A stretch of DNA of 64,000 bases from an uncultured Eubacteriales bacterium (GTDB lineage Bacteria; Bacillota; Clostridia; Oscillospirales; Oscillospiraceae): positions 117,207 to 181,206 of the forward strand of contig URLO01000001.1 of the NCBI GenBank assembly GCA_900548625.1. The letters are read 5' to 3'. The position numbers were made by a program, and so were the translations under genes. Below, piece by piece: positions 18,609-27,329 of this stretch. The stretch's first letter is position 1. Every line of letters begins with the position of its first letter. The notes beneath the pieces are model-generated. The model had not been told where the DNA came from, ran no database searches, and was given only the letters and a program-made list of their open reading frames with translations.

Positions 18609-19565
18609 TTACTCCGCCTCCTTTGCCTCCTCGGGCGCAGGCGTGTATTTCTTCAAAACCTTGTCGAAGAACAGGCCGCATTCCTTGATCTTTTTGTTCC
18701 AGAGAACGCCCAACTCCTTGTTGGAGGTCAGCGCGTGCTTAATGGCCTGATATTTCGGCATGGCGGCGTTGGCGGTGTCTGCATCGACAATGTCGGCGAT
18801 GATGGCCGTGCCCTCAACCATCGCGGCCTCGTATGCCGCCTGATCGACTGCGTTCTGCTCGACCTCGGCGGTGGCCTTGGCGTTGTACTCGGCGAACAGC
18901 TTCGTCAGGAAGTCGTTAGGGCTGGTCGGGCCGAGTGCGGGGATCTTGCGAATGCCGGAGATACCGCGCGTCCCCTTGGCGAAATACCTCTCGCAGTTGG
19001 AGAAGCCGATGGTGCGGTCATTGCCGTAGATTTCCACGAAGCCGCCCAGGTCCATAGGCTCCCAGACGTTGTTTTTCGTCTGGCCCTCGACCTTGATGCG
19101 GAGGCGGGTGTTGTCGCCGTCCTTTTCCTCCGTGGCGTGGAACACGATGACGATGTTTTTCTGCAGCTCATAGAAGCAGTAGTCCATCAGCCGGACGAAT
19201 TCCTTGCCAACAAAGCCGTAGCCTTTGAGGGAGAGGCTGCCGTCGCGCTGACCATACTTCGGGTCTTTCTTGATGGCCCACAGGGACATCAGCGAGATCA
19301 GCTTGCCGCCGGTATCGAAAACCAGCGTGTCGAAGTCCTGAAGATTGATGGGGGTGAGATCGCCGAGGATCTCGTCGTAGCTCTGGGGCTGGATGTACGG
19401 CTTGCGGTAGCGCGGCTCGATGCGGTCGATACCGAAGTCAACGTCGATGTGCAGGGGATTGGGGGCGGACAGCGCCAGAGTGGATTTCCCGATGCCGGGA
19501 TAACCGGCGATCAGCATGCGGATTTTCTTCGCGCCCTCCTGGATGTCGTTCGGGTTTCTAATCAT
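18609..19565 (-). CDS. Sak4-like AAA_24 ATPase (phage RecA-like annealase/recombinase)
   Basis: Walker A MLIAGYPGIGKSTLA and Walker B VFDT. ATG 19565 with AAAGGAG RBS. Confidence 0.65.
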   Translation of the reverse strand: MIRNPNDIQEGAKKIRMLIAGYPGIGKSTLALSAPNPLHIDVDFGIDRIEPRYRKPYIQPQSYDEILGDLTPINLQDFDTLVFDTGGKLISLMSLWAIKKDPKYGQRDGSLSLKGYGFVGKEFVRLMDYCFYELQKNIVIVFHATEEKDGDNTRLRIKVEGQTKNNVWEPMDLGGFVEIYGNDRTIGFSNCERYFAKGTRGISGIRKIPALGPTSPNDFLTKLFAEYNAKATAEVEQNAVDQAAYEAAMVEGTAIIADIVDADTANAAMPKYQAIKHALTSNKELGVLWNKKIKECGLFFDKVLKKYTPAPEEAKEAE

Positions 19566-19579
19566 GGTGATAGCTCCTT

Positions 19580-19837
19580 TCAGTTGGTAGCGGCTTCGCG
19601 CCGCAGAGTGATGATTTCGTGGCACCGGAAACCGAAATTGCTTTCCCGGTACATTTCGGTCAGCTTGAAGTGCTCCTCATCATAAACGCTGGAACAGTTC
19701 AGCAAGCCCTCGGTCTTGTCCGGGTGATAGGCGCGGAATGCGGAGCAGGCCGAGCGACGGTCCGGGGCGTCAACCTCAGTCCAGCCGCCGAAAAACGGCT
19801 GGCCGTCCGTGCCGTAGGTAAAATAGAACTTTGCCAT
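19580..19837 (-). CDS. hypothetical phage protein
   Basis: Internal ATG 19837 (MAKFYFTYGTDGQPFFGGW...). Upstream Arg-rich translation looks non-coding. Confidence 0.3.
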   Translation of the reverse strand: MAKFYFTYGTDGQPFFGGWTEVDAPDRRSACSAFRAYHPDKTEGLLNCSSVYDEEHFKLTEMYRESNFGFRCHEIITLRREAATN

Positions 19838-20217
19838 TATCGCGCCTCGCTTTCCCACTTGATACCGCCGCCGCTCAGACTGACGGCCATTGCGCCGAGG
19901 AATTTGATGTCGTCCTCGTCCAGCCCGATAAAGTCTCTCTCGCCGGGCGTGGTGAAGCCTTCTTTGAGAATCACGATGTCTCCGACAATGGGATTTCCGT
20001 GGCGCACGGTATCGTAGAGAATGCAGCCAAACAGGTTGAGCGGCAGACCGTGCAGCAACCCCTCTTCGTTGACGACCATGCAGAACGGACCGGGCAGGCC
20101 CTTCGGGTGCACGACCTCGATCCATCCACCGACAGCCTTTCCGATGGTCTCATAAGCAGGCTCGTTGAACTCCCTGACCTGCATCTTGTTTTCGGTGGTG
20201 ATAACCAGTCCTTTCAT
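19837..20217 (-). CDS. DUF3846-like protein
   Basis: MKGLVITTENKMQVREFNEPAYETIGKAVGGWIEVVHP pattern; ATG at 20217. Confidence 0.4.
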   Translation of the reverse strand: MKGLVITTENKMQVREFNEPAYETIGKAVGGWIEVVHPKGLPGPFCMVVNEEGLLHGLPLNLFGCILYDTVRHGNPIVGDIVILKEGFTTPGERDFIGLDEDDIKFLGAMAVSLSGGGIKWESEAR

Positions 20218-20435
20218 CAATACTCCTTTCCGGGGAAGCACTCCGGCTCCTCCCATGCGTCGGACTGCTTGATGCAGATATCGCAGCCGACGATATTCAA
20301 ATCTTTGTCTCTGAAAATTTCCTCGCACTCTTCACCACAGACGGGGCAAATCGGGAAGGTCGGCTCCTTGCCGTCCGGGTAGCCGGTGCGCTCCATGTTT
20401 TGGATAACGGGGTGGTCTGGCAGATCGTAGCTCAT
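20217..20435 (-). CDS. small zinc-ribbon protein
   Basis: 72 aa with CPVCGEEC...CDIC. Confidence 0.3.
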   Translation of the reverse strand: MSYDLPDHPVIQNMERTGYPDGKEPTFPICPVCGEECEEIFRDKDLNIVGCDICIKQSDAWEEPECFPGKEY

Positions 20436-20809
20436 TCGGTTTCACCTGCCTCTGTGATGTAGCGGCGGACGGTGGCGGTCAGCCAGTCCTGTGTGGTGGC
20501 GTAGCCCTCAGCCTCTATCAGCCGTTGCAACGCCTCGTAGTCAGCGGTTTCAAGCCTTGCCGAGATACGACAGGTCAGCCGGTGTGCGTCCTTTTTGGCC
20601 GTCTTGCGGCTCTCTGCCAGTTCCGGTGCGAAGTGCGAATAAAGCGCCGCCATCGCGTCCGGCCGCAGGCTCACGCCGTAGGCATCTCCGTTCTCGCACT
20701 TGCTTTGAACGGTCTTGTCGTACTTGGGGTAGATGGCTTGTACCACCGCGACCATATCCTTGGCCGGTATCTGCTTGGAAAGCCGGAGCTCTCTCAACTC
20801 TTCTGCCAC
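20432..20809 (-). CDS. hypothetical phage protein
   Basis: 125-aa ORF in the operon with overlapping stops. Confidence 0.3.
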   Translation of the reverse strand: MAEELRELRLSKQIPAKDMVAVVQAIYPKYDKTVQSKCENGDAYGVSLRPDAMAALYSHFAPELAESRKTAKKDAHRLTCRISARLETADYEALQRLIEAEGYATTQDWLTATVRRYITEAGETE

Positions 20810-21009
20810 GGTAGCACCCCCTCACCTCTTGACTTCGCACAGAGCGGTTGGTAAACTGACTGTGGGTAAGCATTTGCCCGAGGTCGTTCCCGATGCAGCG
20901 GGGCGACCTCTTTTTTCGTTTCGCGGCAATCACAGGCTTCGCCCGGGTCATTATTGCTCCCGCAAAGCGGGCAAGTCCGGTAATATGCCATTCTTTCAAC
21001 TCCCTTCAT
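20794..21009 (-). CDS. small Cys-containing hypothetical protein
   Basis: 71 aa with CPLCGS...CDC. Confidence 0.25.
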   Translation of the reverse strand: MKGVERMAYYRTCPLCGSNNDPGEACDCRETKKEVAPLHRERPRANAYPQSVYQPLCAKSRGEGVLPWQKS

Positions 21010-21212
21010 TTTGCGGATCTGCCTGCGCGTCTGGCTGCGGTTTTTGCGTCCAGCGCTTCGCGCCCACCTGGCTGCCGAAGTATTCCGTGGATCAGATCCA
21101 GCGTCGCTGCGGCGAGGTTGTCCCGTACAAAATCAGGAATCTCCGCCGTGTTGATATGTACTTCGTTCACCAGCTCGCTTTCCTCGGTTGGCGTAAACCT
21201 TGCGACCTGCAT
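21006..21212 (-). CDS. hypothetical phage protein
   Basis: 68-aa ORF. Confidence 0.25.
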   Translation of the reverse strand: MQVARFTPTEESELVNEVHINTAEIPDFVRDNLAAATLDLIHGILRQPGGREALDAKTAARRAGRSAK

Positions 21213-21242
21213 CGGAACCTCCTCTCTCCCATTAGTTCAAAG

Positions 21243-21461
21243 CTATTGAACTTCAATGGTAAAAAAATAAGCAGGAATGTCGGAATCGCCAATCTCCAGC
21301 AGAGAACAGGCCTTGGAAATCTCCGGCTGCTTAAACGGTACTTTGCTGTTGAGCTTCAGAGAAAGACTGCGCTCAGACATTCCCATCGCGCCGGAAAAGC
21401 GAGCCTGCGTTCCAAACTTTTCGGTGATGCGACCCAAGAGCTTGCTGTAATCGTACGCCAT
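21243..21461 (-). CDS. Cro-like early regulator (DUF739 family HTH)
   Basis: MAYDYSKLLGRITEKFGTQARFSGAMGMSERSLSLKLNSK is DUF739-like. Divergent from the CI-like gene. AGGAGG RBS. Confidence 0.5.
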   Translation of the reverse strand: MAYDYSKLLGRITEKFGTQARFSGAMGMSERSLSLKLNSKVPFKQPEISKACSLLEIGDSDIPAYFFTIEVQ

Positions 21462-21475
21462 TTTTATCCTCCTTT

Positions 21476-21613
21476 CAGCTTGTTCAAAAGTTCAATTTCC
21501 TTGAACCTGTCGTTAGAATACCATACGCCTTGATGATTTGCAACACATTTTTTCAAAAAAGTTGAACTTTTTTTCTTTTCGCTATTGAACTTTTGTTCAA
21601 AGCCCTTTATAAT
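21476..21613. promoter_or_regulatory. lysogeny switch region: TTGAAC/GTTCAA operator repeats and a sigma-70-type promoter for the CI-like gene
   Basis: Perfect inverted repeat TTGAACttttGTTCAA (21585-21600). Further GTTCAA/TTGAAC copies at ~21480-21505 and 21561. TTGAAC-N17-TATAAT at 21585-21613. AT-rich 180-bp divergent intergenic region. Confidence 0.5.
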
Positions 21614-21642
21614 GATGTCATCTGCAAGGGGAGGATAGACCA

Positions 21643-22014
21643 ATGAAAGAGTACAGCACTTCTCAGCGTTTGAAGCAAATCATGGACATCAAGAAGATGC
21701 GCCAGGTCGATATTCTTCACGCTGCAGAGCCTTATTGCAAACGGTTTGACGTAAAGCTCAACAAGAACGATTTGAGCCAGTATGTTTCAGGGAAGACCCT
21801 TCCTGGGCAGGACAAGCTTACAATCCTCGGCCTCGCACTCGGCGTTTCCGAGGCCTGGCTTATGGGGTATGATGTCAGCATGGAAAGAAGCGTAACGCCC
21901 ACCGCTGAAACGAGCGATGGGCGCACAAAAGAGTATATTGAGCTATTCGAGCTGCTGACCCCGGAAAAGCAAGATATCATCATCAATGTGATAAAAGGGC
22001 TTTTAGCTGGCTGA
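21643..22014 (+). CDS. XRE-family HTH repressor (CI-like; no peptidase S24 domain)
   Basis: HTH near the N-terminus, 123 aa; GGGGAGG RBS. Confidence 0.7.
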   Translation: MKEYSTSQRLKQIMDIKKMRQVDILHAAEPYCKRFDVKLNKNDLSQYVSGKTLPGQDKLTILGLALGVSEAWLMGYDVSMERSVTPTAETSDGRTKEYIELFELLTPEKQDIIINVIKGLLAG

Positions 22015-22276
22015 TTATCATATCCTGCTGGCTTTCGGAAAGCTTTGAAAACAGCTCGGCCGCGAGCAGCGTTTTTAATATACTCCTCGCTGCTGCTTCC
22101 GATTGATGATCGTGTCCCATGCCCGGACTCCTTTCTTTGCAAAATTGCCATCTACGGCATCGTTATTCTATCAAAATTTATGCAGTTTCGCTTTGAAAAG
22201 ATATATTATCACTTTCGACTGACTTCGCATCGTGGTATGGTGTAGGAGCGGGAGTTTGAGAAGCGAGGAGGTAAAC

Positions 22277-22792
22277 ATGAAAAGAGTGTTCAAAGGCTGG
22301 TCAGTTTTCTTATGCTGTGTATTGGCATTATCATTAGCTGGGTGCTCGTCCGAAGTCCAAGAAAGTGCCTCTGTCGATCAGGAGCTACAAGCCCACGAAG
22401 ATAGCCTTTCTTCTATGCTGTCCGGAGATGTACCTGTTTTATCTTTGTCCGTTGGAGAAGAAGACGGGATATATAGCCTCCGTGTTTCCGTTGGAGCCTC
22501 CGGGAAAGTATCGTCTTTCGGGGACTATGTACTGGCAACGCGCGAAGCATTTGAAACTGAGTTCGATGCCGATTCTCGAGATTGTTTTTCTGTTAGCATG
22601 GCTGTGACTGGAAATTCAATGCTTCGCTTCAGCAGCGATGGCTATTCTGATGAGGCTGATACAATAAGTGGTCTATTTTCTGATACGAGATCCGGCTCTG
22701 TGGTAACCACCCAGATTTCCAGTCTCGACGATTTATTCGAGAAGTTCCCCGCAGCGCGCTTATATGCGGAAAACCATAAAATCGAACAATAG
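22277..22792 (+). CDS. lipoprotein (prophage moron)
   Basis: Signal peptide with lipobox LAGC; Ser/Asp-rich mature part. ATG 22277 with GAGGAGG RBS. Confidence 0.55.
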   Translation: MKRVFKGWSVFLCCVLALSLAGCSSEVQESASVDQELQAHEDSLSSMLSGDVPVLSLSVGEEDGIYSLRVSVGASGKVSSFGDYVLATREAFETEFDADSRDCFSVSMAVTGNSMLRFSSDGYSDEADTISGLFSDTRSGSVVTTQISSLDDLFEKFPAARLYAENHKIEQ

Positions 22793-22800
22793 ATACCCTA

Positions 22801-22960
22801 TGGATATGGTATCTATACCGTATCTATAGGGTAGCGATACATCGCGTGCGCGCGTGCGTGTGCGCGCGATCGTGCGCGCACTGTCTCTGTACCTGTATCT
22901 GTATCTGAAACTGTATCTGTAATCTGTTTCTGATTCTGAATATCTACTACTGCAAATCTA
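22801..22960. repeat. low-complexity tract: direct GTATCTATA repeats, alternating (GC/GT)n purine-pyrimidine run, CTGTATCTG repeats
   Basis: Seen directly: ggtatctataccgtatctatagg; gcgtgcgcgcgtgcgtgtgcgcgcgatcgtgcgcgcac; ctgtatctgtatctgaaactgtatctgtaatctg. Lies immediately upstream of the LSR gene. Confidence 0.5.
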
Positions 22961-22973
22961 TCGTTAGAAGGGG

Positions 22974-24542
22974 GTGGCGCTGTTGCCGAGAAAACCTGCA
23001 AAGCACCCGGCGAAGCCGAAGCGGGGCAAGAAGCTGGAAATCGAAGAGCCGGGCGTTCTCTATGGCCGGTACAGCAGCCACAACCAGAAGGACATTTCCG
23101 TAGAGCAGCAGTTCGAAAAGGGCTACGAGCTGGCGGCGGAGTATGGCATCAGGATCATTGACACCTATGCCGACCGCGCCGTTTCTGGCCGCACCGACAA
23201 GCGCCGTGACTTCCAGCGCATGATGACTGACGCTGCAAAAGGGAAGTTCCGCTATGTAATCGCGTGGAAGTCTAACCGCATGGGGCGCAATATGCTGGAG
23301 GCTCTGATCAACGAAGCTCGGCTTCAGGATCTGGGCGTTCGCGTTCTCTATGTGGAGGAGGATTTCGACGATACTGCGGCTGGACGCTTCGCCGCCCGCT
23401 CGATGATGAATGTCAACCAGTTCTATTCCGAGAACATGGCCGAGGACATCAAGCGCGGCCTATATGACAACGCCGCGAATTGCATGGTGGCGAACGGCCA
23501 TCTGCCCTACGGCTATAAAGCGGACGAAACGCTGCACTATGCCATCGACGAGCCGAAGGCTGCGGTTATCCGGGAGATATTCACTCGCGTTTCCTGCGGT
23601 GAGGCTTTCGTTGATATCATGGCCAGCCTGAATGTCCGGGGAATCAAGACCTCGTACGGTCGCCCGTGGGGGCGGTCGAGCTTTCAGAAGATCCTTTCCA
23701 ACGAACGGTATCGCGGCATCTATATCTACGGCGATGTCCGCAAAGAGGGCGGCATCCCGAGGATTATCAGCGACGAGCTTTACTTCAAGGTCCAGGAGGT
23801 GATCACCACGAAGAAGAATCCGCAAGGGCGTCACCGCGTCAATGGTGACTATCTGCTTACCGGCAAGCTGTTCTGCGGGCATTGTAAAAGCCCCATGACT
23901 GGCGTCTCCGGCACCGGACGCTCCGGCAACCTGCATTACTACTACGTCTGCCAGAAGCGTCGAACGGAAAAGACCTGCGATAAAAAGAATGTACGCCGAG
24001 ATGAAATTGAGCTGCAGGTCGCCCAGGCCATCAAAGACTATGCTCTGAAGGACGATGTTATCGAGTGGATCGCCGACAGCACGGTCGCCTACAATGAGCG
24101 CAAGGAAGCCGAGAGCAAGGTCGGCATTTTGGAAGACCAACTCGCCGGCACGGAGCATGGCAAAAAAAACATCATGTCCGCCATCGAGCAGGGCATCATC
24201 ACCGAAACCACGAAAAGCAGGCTGGTCGAGCTGGAGTCTGAGCGTGCTACCATCAAAGCTAATATCGCAGCGGCTCGGGCAGACATCGTGACTGTCAGCC
24301 GCGATGACATTATATCCGGCTTGGAGATGTTCCGAGATGGCGATGTTCACGATAAGAAGTACCAAGCGCGCCTATTTGACACATTCCTGGTCGCGGTGTA
24401 TGCTTATGACGATGATCTGCGGCTGGTGTTCAGCTTCTCCGGCAATAAAAATACAATCCAAATCCCAATAGAATCCGCAGTTAACGCAGTAGAGAATAAC
24501 GAGGCTGAGTGTTCGTTTAAGCTCTGCTCTGCTCCACCATAA
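22974..24542 (+). CDS. large serine recombinase (phage integrase)
   Basis: Resolvase catalytic domain (YGRYSS..., RD...R), recombinase domain, Zn-ribbon (CGHCKS...C...C) and coiled-coil. Lys-rich N-terminal extension. Start is GTG/TTG near 22974-22986. Confidence 0.85.
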   Translation: MALLPRKPAKHPAKPKRGKKLEIEEPGVLYGRYSSHNQKDISVEQQFEKGYELAAEYGIRIIDTYADRAVSGRTDKRRDFQRMMTDAAKGKFRYVIAWKSNRMGRNMLEALINEARLQDLGVRVLYVEEDFDDTAAGRFAARSMMNVNQFYSENMAEDIKRGLYDNAANCMVANGHLPYGYKADETLHYAIDEPKAAVIREIFTRVSCGEAFVDIMASLNVRGIKTSYGRPWGRSSFQKILSNERYRGIYIYGDVRKEGGIPRIISDELYFKVQEVITTKKNPQGRHRVNGDYLLTGKLFCGHCKSPMTGVSGTGRSGNLHYYYVCQKRRTEKTCDKKNVRRDEIELQVAQAIKDYALKDDVIEWIADSTVAYNERKEAESKVGILEDQLAGTEHGKKNIMSAIEQGIITETTKSRLVELESERATIKANIAAARADIVTVSRDDIISGLEMFRDGDVHDKKYQARLFDTFLVAVYAYDDDLRLVFSFSGNKNTIQIPIESAVNAVENNEAECSFKLCSAPP

Positions 24543-24543
24543 A

Positions 24544-24592
24544 AGGACTCTTATTTTGATAGAATGGCTATCAAGATAAGAGCCCTTTTTCT
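24544..24592. terminator. long hairpin + T-run after int (intrinsic terminator; alternatively an att-like imperfect inverted repeat)
   Basis: aaaaggactcttattttgatag-aatgg-ctatcaagataagagcccttttt. The 18-bp arms match 16/18; followed by TTTTT. Confidence 0.45.
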
Positions 24593-24746
24593 CGCGTTTT
24601 CAACGAAAACTAGACAATATCAGAACTTTTTGAGTATCTTTGCCTGTTCCGGCTTTTCCGCTGGGGCGGGCTTTTTTATTATCGGGGAAAACGCTTTTTT
24701 GATGCGTTTCGTTTTATGGGGATTCGTTTTACTTTGTTGATGTTCG

Positions 24747-24776
24747 TTGAGCGAATTGCGCTGTGCTGAAATAATG
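24747..24776 (+). promoter_or_regulatory. putative sigma-70 promoter of the riboswitch leader
   Basis: TTGAGC-N17-AATAAT about 65 nt upstream of the P1 stem. Confidence 0.3.
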
Positions 24777-24838
24777 GAACATCGATAGAAATTCTTCACA
24801 TTTCATGCTACAATAAAAATCCAAGATCATAGAAAGAG

Positions 24839-25057
24839 TCTCAGGTTTGCCGCGCTGAGGGTGCGGCAATCAAACGGAATCGGGTGAGAGTCCCGGCGAA
24901 CTGGTCACTGTGAAGCTCCCGTGGAGGAGATTAGTCAGACACGCGCCTGAGAGAGCTACAAGAGCAGCCGCCAAGTCAACGGCCTGCGGACGATACTGTG
25001 CGCCCATTTTTAAGGGATACGTCCGCCATTACTGAAAGGTACTGCGGGCGTTTTTTG
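24839..25057 (+). ncRNA. cobalamin (AdoCbl) riboswitch-like leader with terminator
   Basis: P1 TCTCAGG...CCTGAGA; P2 hairpin TTGCCGC...GCGGCAA. Core CGGAATCGGGTGAGAGTCCCGGCGAACTGGTCACTGTGAAG matches the consensus GGGAA..GGTGAGAATCCC..GC.ACTGTGAGGG. GC hairpin + TTTTTT at ~25035-25057, then a second hairpin (acgtgtcgtaaag...ctttacgacacgtttt) to ~25105. Confidence 0.65.
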
Positions 25058-25292
25058 CGTAAAAAAACGTGTCGTAAAGCATTCTTTCCTTTACGACACG
25101 TTTTCGAGTTTCTTAACACCTGAAATTATATCCTATTAAAAAGAAAAGTCAACCTGTTTTGGAGAAAACCGTAGTTTTTTGTTGGGTATTTAGGCACATA
25201 CGTTCCAATATTTGAAATATAGCTGAAATTAGGCTGCAAAAAGGCATAGCTCTTTCGCTTAACGCCGTCAGAAGCGCCGTCAAGGAGGAACA

Positions 25293-26318
25293 ATGGCAAA
25301 GTGTGGAGAGAACATTTATAAACGCAAAGACGGAAGATGGGAAGGCCGCTTTATTCGCAGCCGCAGGGAAAATGGTCACGCGATATACGGTTATGTCTAT
25401 GGCCGGAGTTATACAGAATGCAAAGGCAAATTAAAGGAAGCCGCCATAGCGCCGCCTCGTATGATGTGCGGCTGTCGTCTGACGGCGAAAGAGCTTTTTT
25501 CTTCCCTGCTGCGGAAAAAATGCGCGGAGGTCAAACCATCTACCGCCCAGCGCTATCGCTTTTTGATTGAAAAACACATTCTCCCGGAACTGGGGCATCT
25601 CCGGGTCGAACAGCTGACGGCGAAAAAACTCCAAGCCTTCCTCCAACGAAAGCGTGTAAACGGAGGCCTGAAAGGCGGTGGGCTTTCGGTCAAAACCGTC
25701 CGGGACATCGGGACTCTGATAAAATCGGCGCTGAAATACGCACAAGCGGAGTTTTCGATCCCCTGTGATGCAGATGCGCTGCGGCTTCCGTCGCCTGCAC
25801 AACCGGATATTCGCGTTTTTACCGAAGATGAACTGCGGCGTATCGGCGAGCAGGTCACACGCCAGCCGCATTTGATGGAAATCGGCATACTGCTGGCGCT
25901 GAACACCGGTCTTAGAATTGGAGAATTGTGTGCGCTGCAACGGCAAGATGTCGATTTTGCTGCCGGAACCGTCTCTGTCCGCCACACGGCGCAGCGAATC
26001 AATTACGGCGGCAGGACGGAATTGGTCGTTCAAACACCGAAAAGTGCCGCTTCCAACCGCGTCATTCCCATTCCGGCTGGAATGCTGGCGCTGCTGCGGC
26101 AGTATGTATATGCCTTTGCACCGGGCGCGCAGCTGGAAGCCTACCGCACGATCACCCGGCAGTCCGATATGGTGCTGGCCGTCTATGACCCTGCATCGGC
26201 GCGCGGCGACGATACGGACGCGGCGATCCAATATGCGCGGGAGCTGAAGCGCCCCATCCTGAGTATCCACCCGGATACGCTGCGTACTAGCTGCCTGACT
26301 GAATTTGAGTTTATGTAA
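25293..26318 (+). pseudogene. tyrosine recombinase/integrase remnant (N-terminal arm-binding and core-binding regions; catalytic H-x-x-R...Y region absent)
   Basis: N-terminus YKRKDGRWEGRF is AP2-like arm-binding; box I R present (LRIGELCALQRQDVDF). The C-terminal 60 aa do not match HxLRHT...Y; no alternative frame supplies it. Confidence 0.5.
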
Positions 26319-26424
26319 ACCAGCACTTATTCAAAGATAAACTATCATTTTCTGCTCTTGTTCAAAAAGGTATTGCAAAAAACAGAAAGAATAGGTAGAA
26401 TAGAATCAAATTGCAGAGAGTTAT

Positions 26425-26469
26425 CGAGAAGGGTGTACACCCTTCTCGTCCGTAGGTACCTACGGACGA
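26425..26469. repeat. two adjacent 24-bp perfect palindromes
   Basis: cgagaagggtgtacacccttctcg and tcgtccgtaggtacctacggacga, overlapping by tcg; each equals its own reverse complement. Confidence 0.7.
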
Positions 26470-26954
26470 TTTCCTTCTGTAAAACTGAATATTGAGATAC
26501 CGTAATACACGCCGATTCCGCACACCCTCGGGCAGGATAGGCTCAGAAGAAGGCATTTATGCCGACACGAAACGGTGCTGTGCGCGTGAGGCCACGCCAA
26601 AGCGGTTTTGACCGCCGGGACGAAAGTCCGCCATTGCAGGGACGACCTGTGAGAAGGTAGGACGTGGGCGCAGGAGAAAAAATATCTCCCTAACGCAAGT
26701 CAGAAGATCTGTATTACCACGGCTTTTTCGCCGTGTAGGGTATGTGCAGCGGTGAGCGATTTCCTGTTGCATCCGGCATGATGTGCGTCATGCCGGTGTT
26801 TTGCCGCTGATTTCAGATTCTGAAATCGGCGTATTTTGCTTTATGGGCAAGGTGCGCCGGTTTTGATCGGGGATCGGCTTTTTTGCGCCGAAAAACCGGT
26901 GCGCCGAGCGGCGGCCTTCATATAGAGAAACAAGAAATTTACAGGAGGAAAAAC

Positions 26955-27329
26955 ATGAGGAAGAGAATTTTGTCGTTGCTTCTCATACTGGTGATGATCG
27001 TGGGGCTGCTGCCCACCGTCGCGCTGGCGAAAAATGATGACTTTACGGTCACCATTTCCATGGAGGGGCTGACACTCGGACAGGGCTACTACCTGGAGCC
27101 GAGAACATACACATTGGATCAGATCAACAAACTGGTCGAGGGCGAGCCCTGGGCCAGGACCTTTACCGCCGACGATCTGACGGCAGACGTTGTGACGATC
27201 GCGATGCTCAAGGATGCAAATCGCAAGTACACCAATACCGGCACGGTGCAGAGCGACTTCTATCTGTCCCGTGTCAGTGGGATTCCCGCGTACTCCGCTG
27301 CCGCAACAGCATTCCGCAGATCATTTTGA
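26955..27329 (+). CDS. N-terminal fragment of surface protein: signal peptide + first half of DUF4430 (transcobalamin-like B12-binding) domain
   Basis: ATG 26955 with GGAGG RBS; signal peptide MRKRILSLLLILVMIVGLLPTVALA. The domain is cut by a frame change at ~27320. Confidence 0.55.
   Translation: MRKRILSLLLILVMIVGLLPTVALAKNDDFTVTISMEGLTLGQGYYLEPRTYTLDQINKLVEGEPWARTFTADDLTADVVTIAMLKDANRKYTNTGTVQSDFYLSRVSGIPAYSAAATAFRRSF

Noticed and set aside
22843-22960. Possible CRISPR array (short direct repeats CTGTATCTG)
   Set aside because: Repeats are only 9 nt, irregularly spaced and without spacers of uniform length; no cas genes nearby.
24839-25057. Alternative identities for the structured leader (SRP RNA, RNase P, T-box, ykkC, ZTP, SAM)
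   Set aside because: It lacks the signature motifs of those families, whereas the GGTGAGAGTCCC...CACTGTGAAG core with a P1/P2 framework matches the cobalamin class.
26480-26900. tRNA gene as integration target of the tyrosine-integrase remnant
   Set aside because: No cloverleaf-compatible segment with GTTCRA T-loop or CCA-proximal acceptor pairing seen in 26320-26950 or flanking the prophage.
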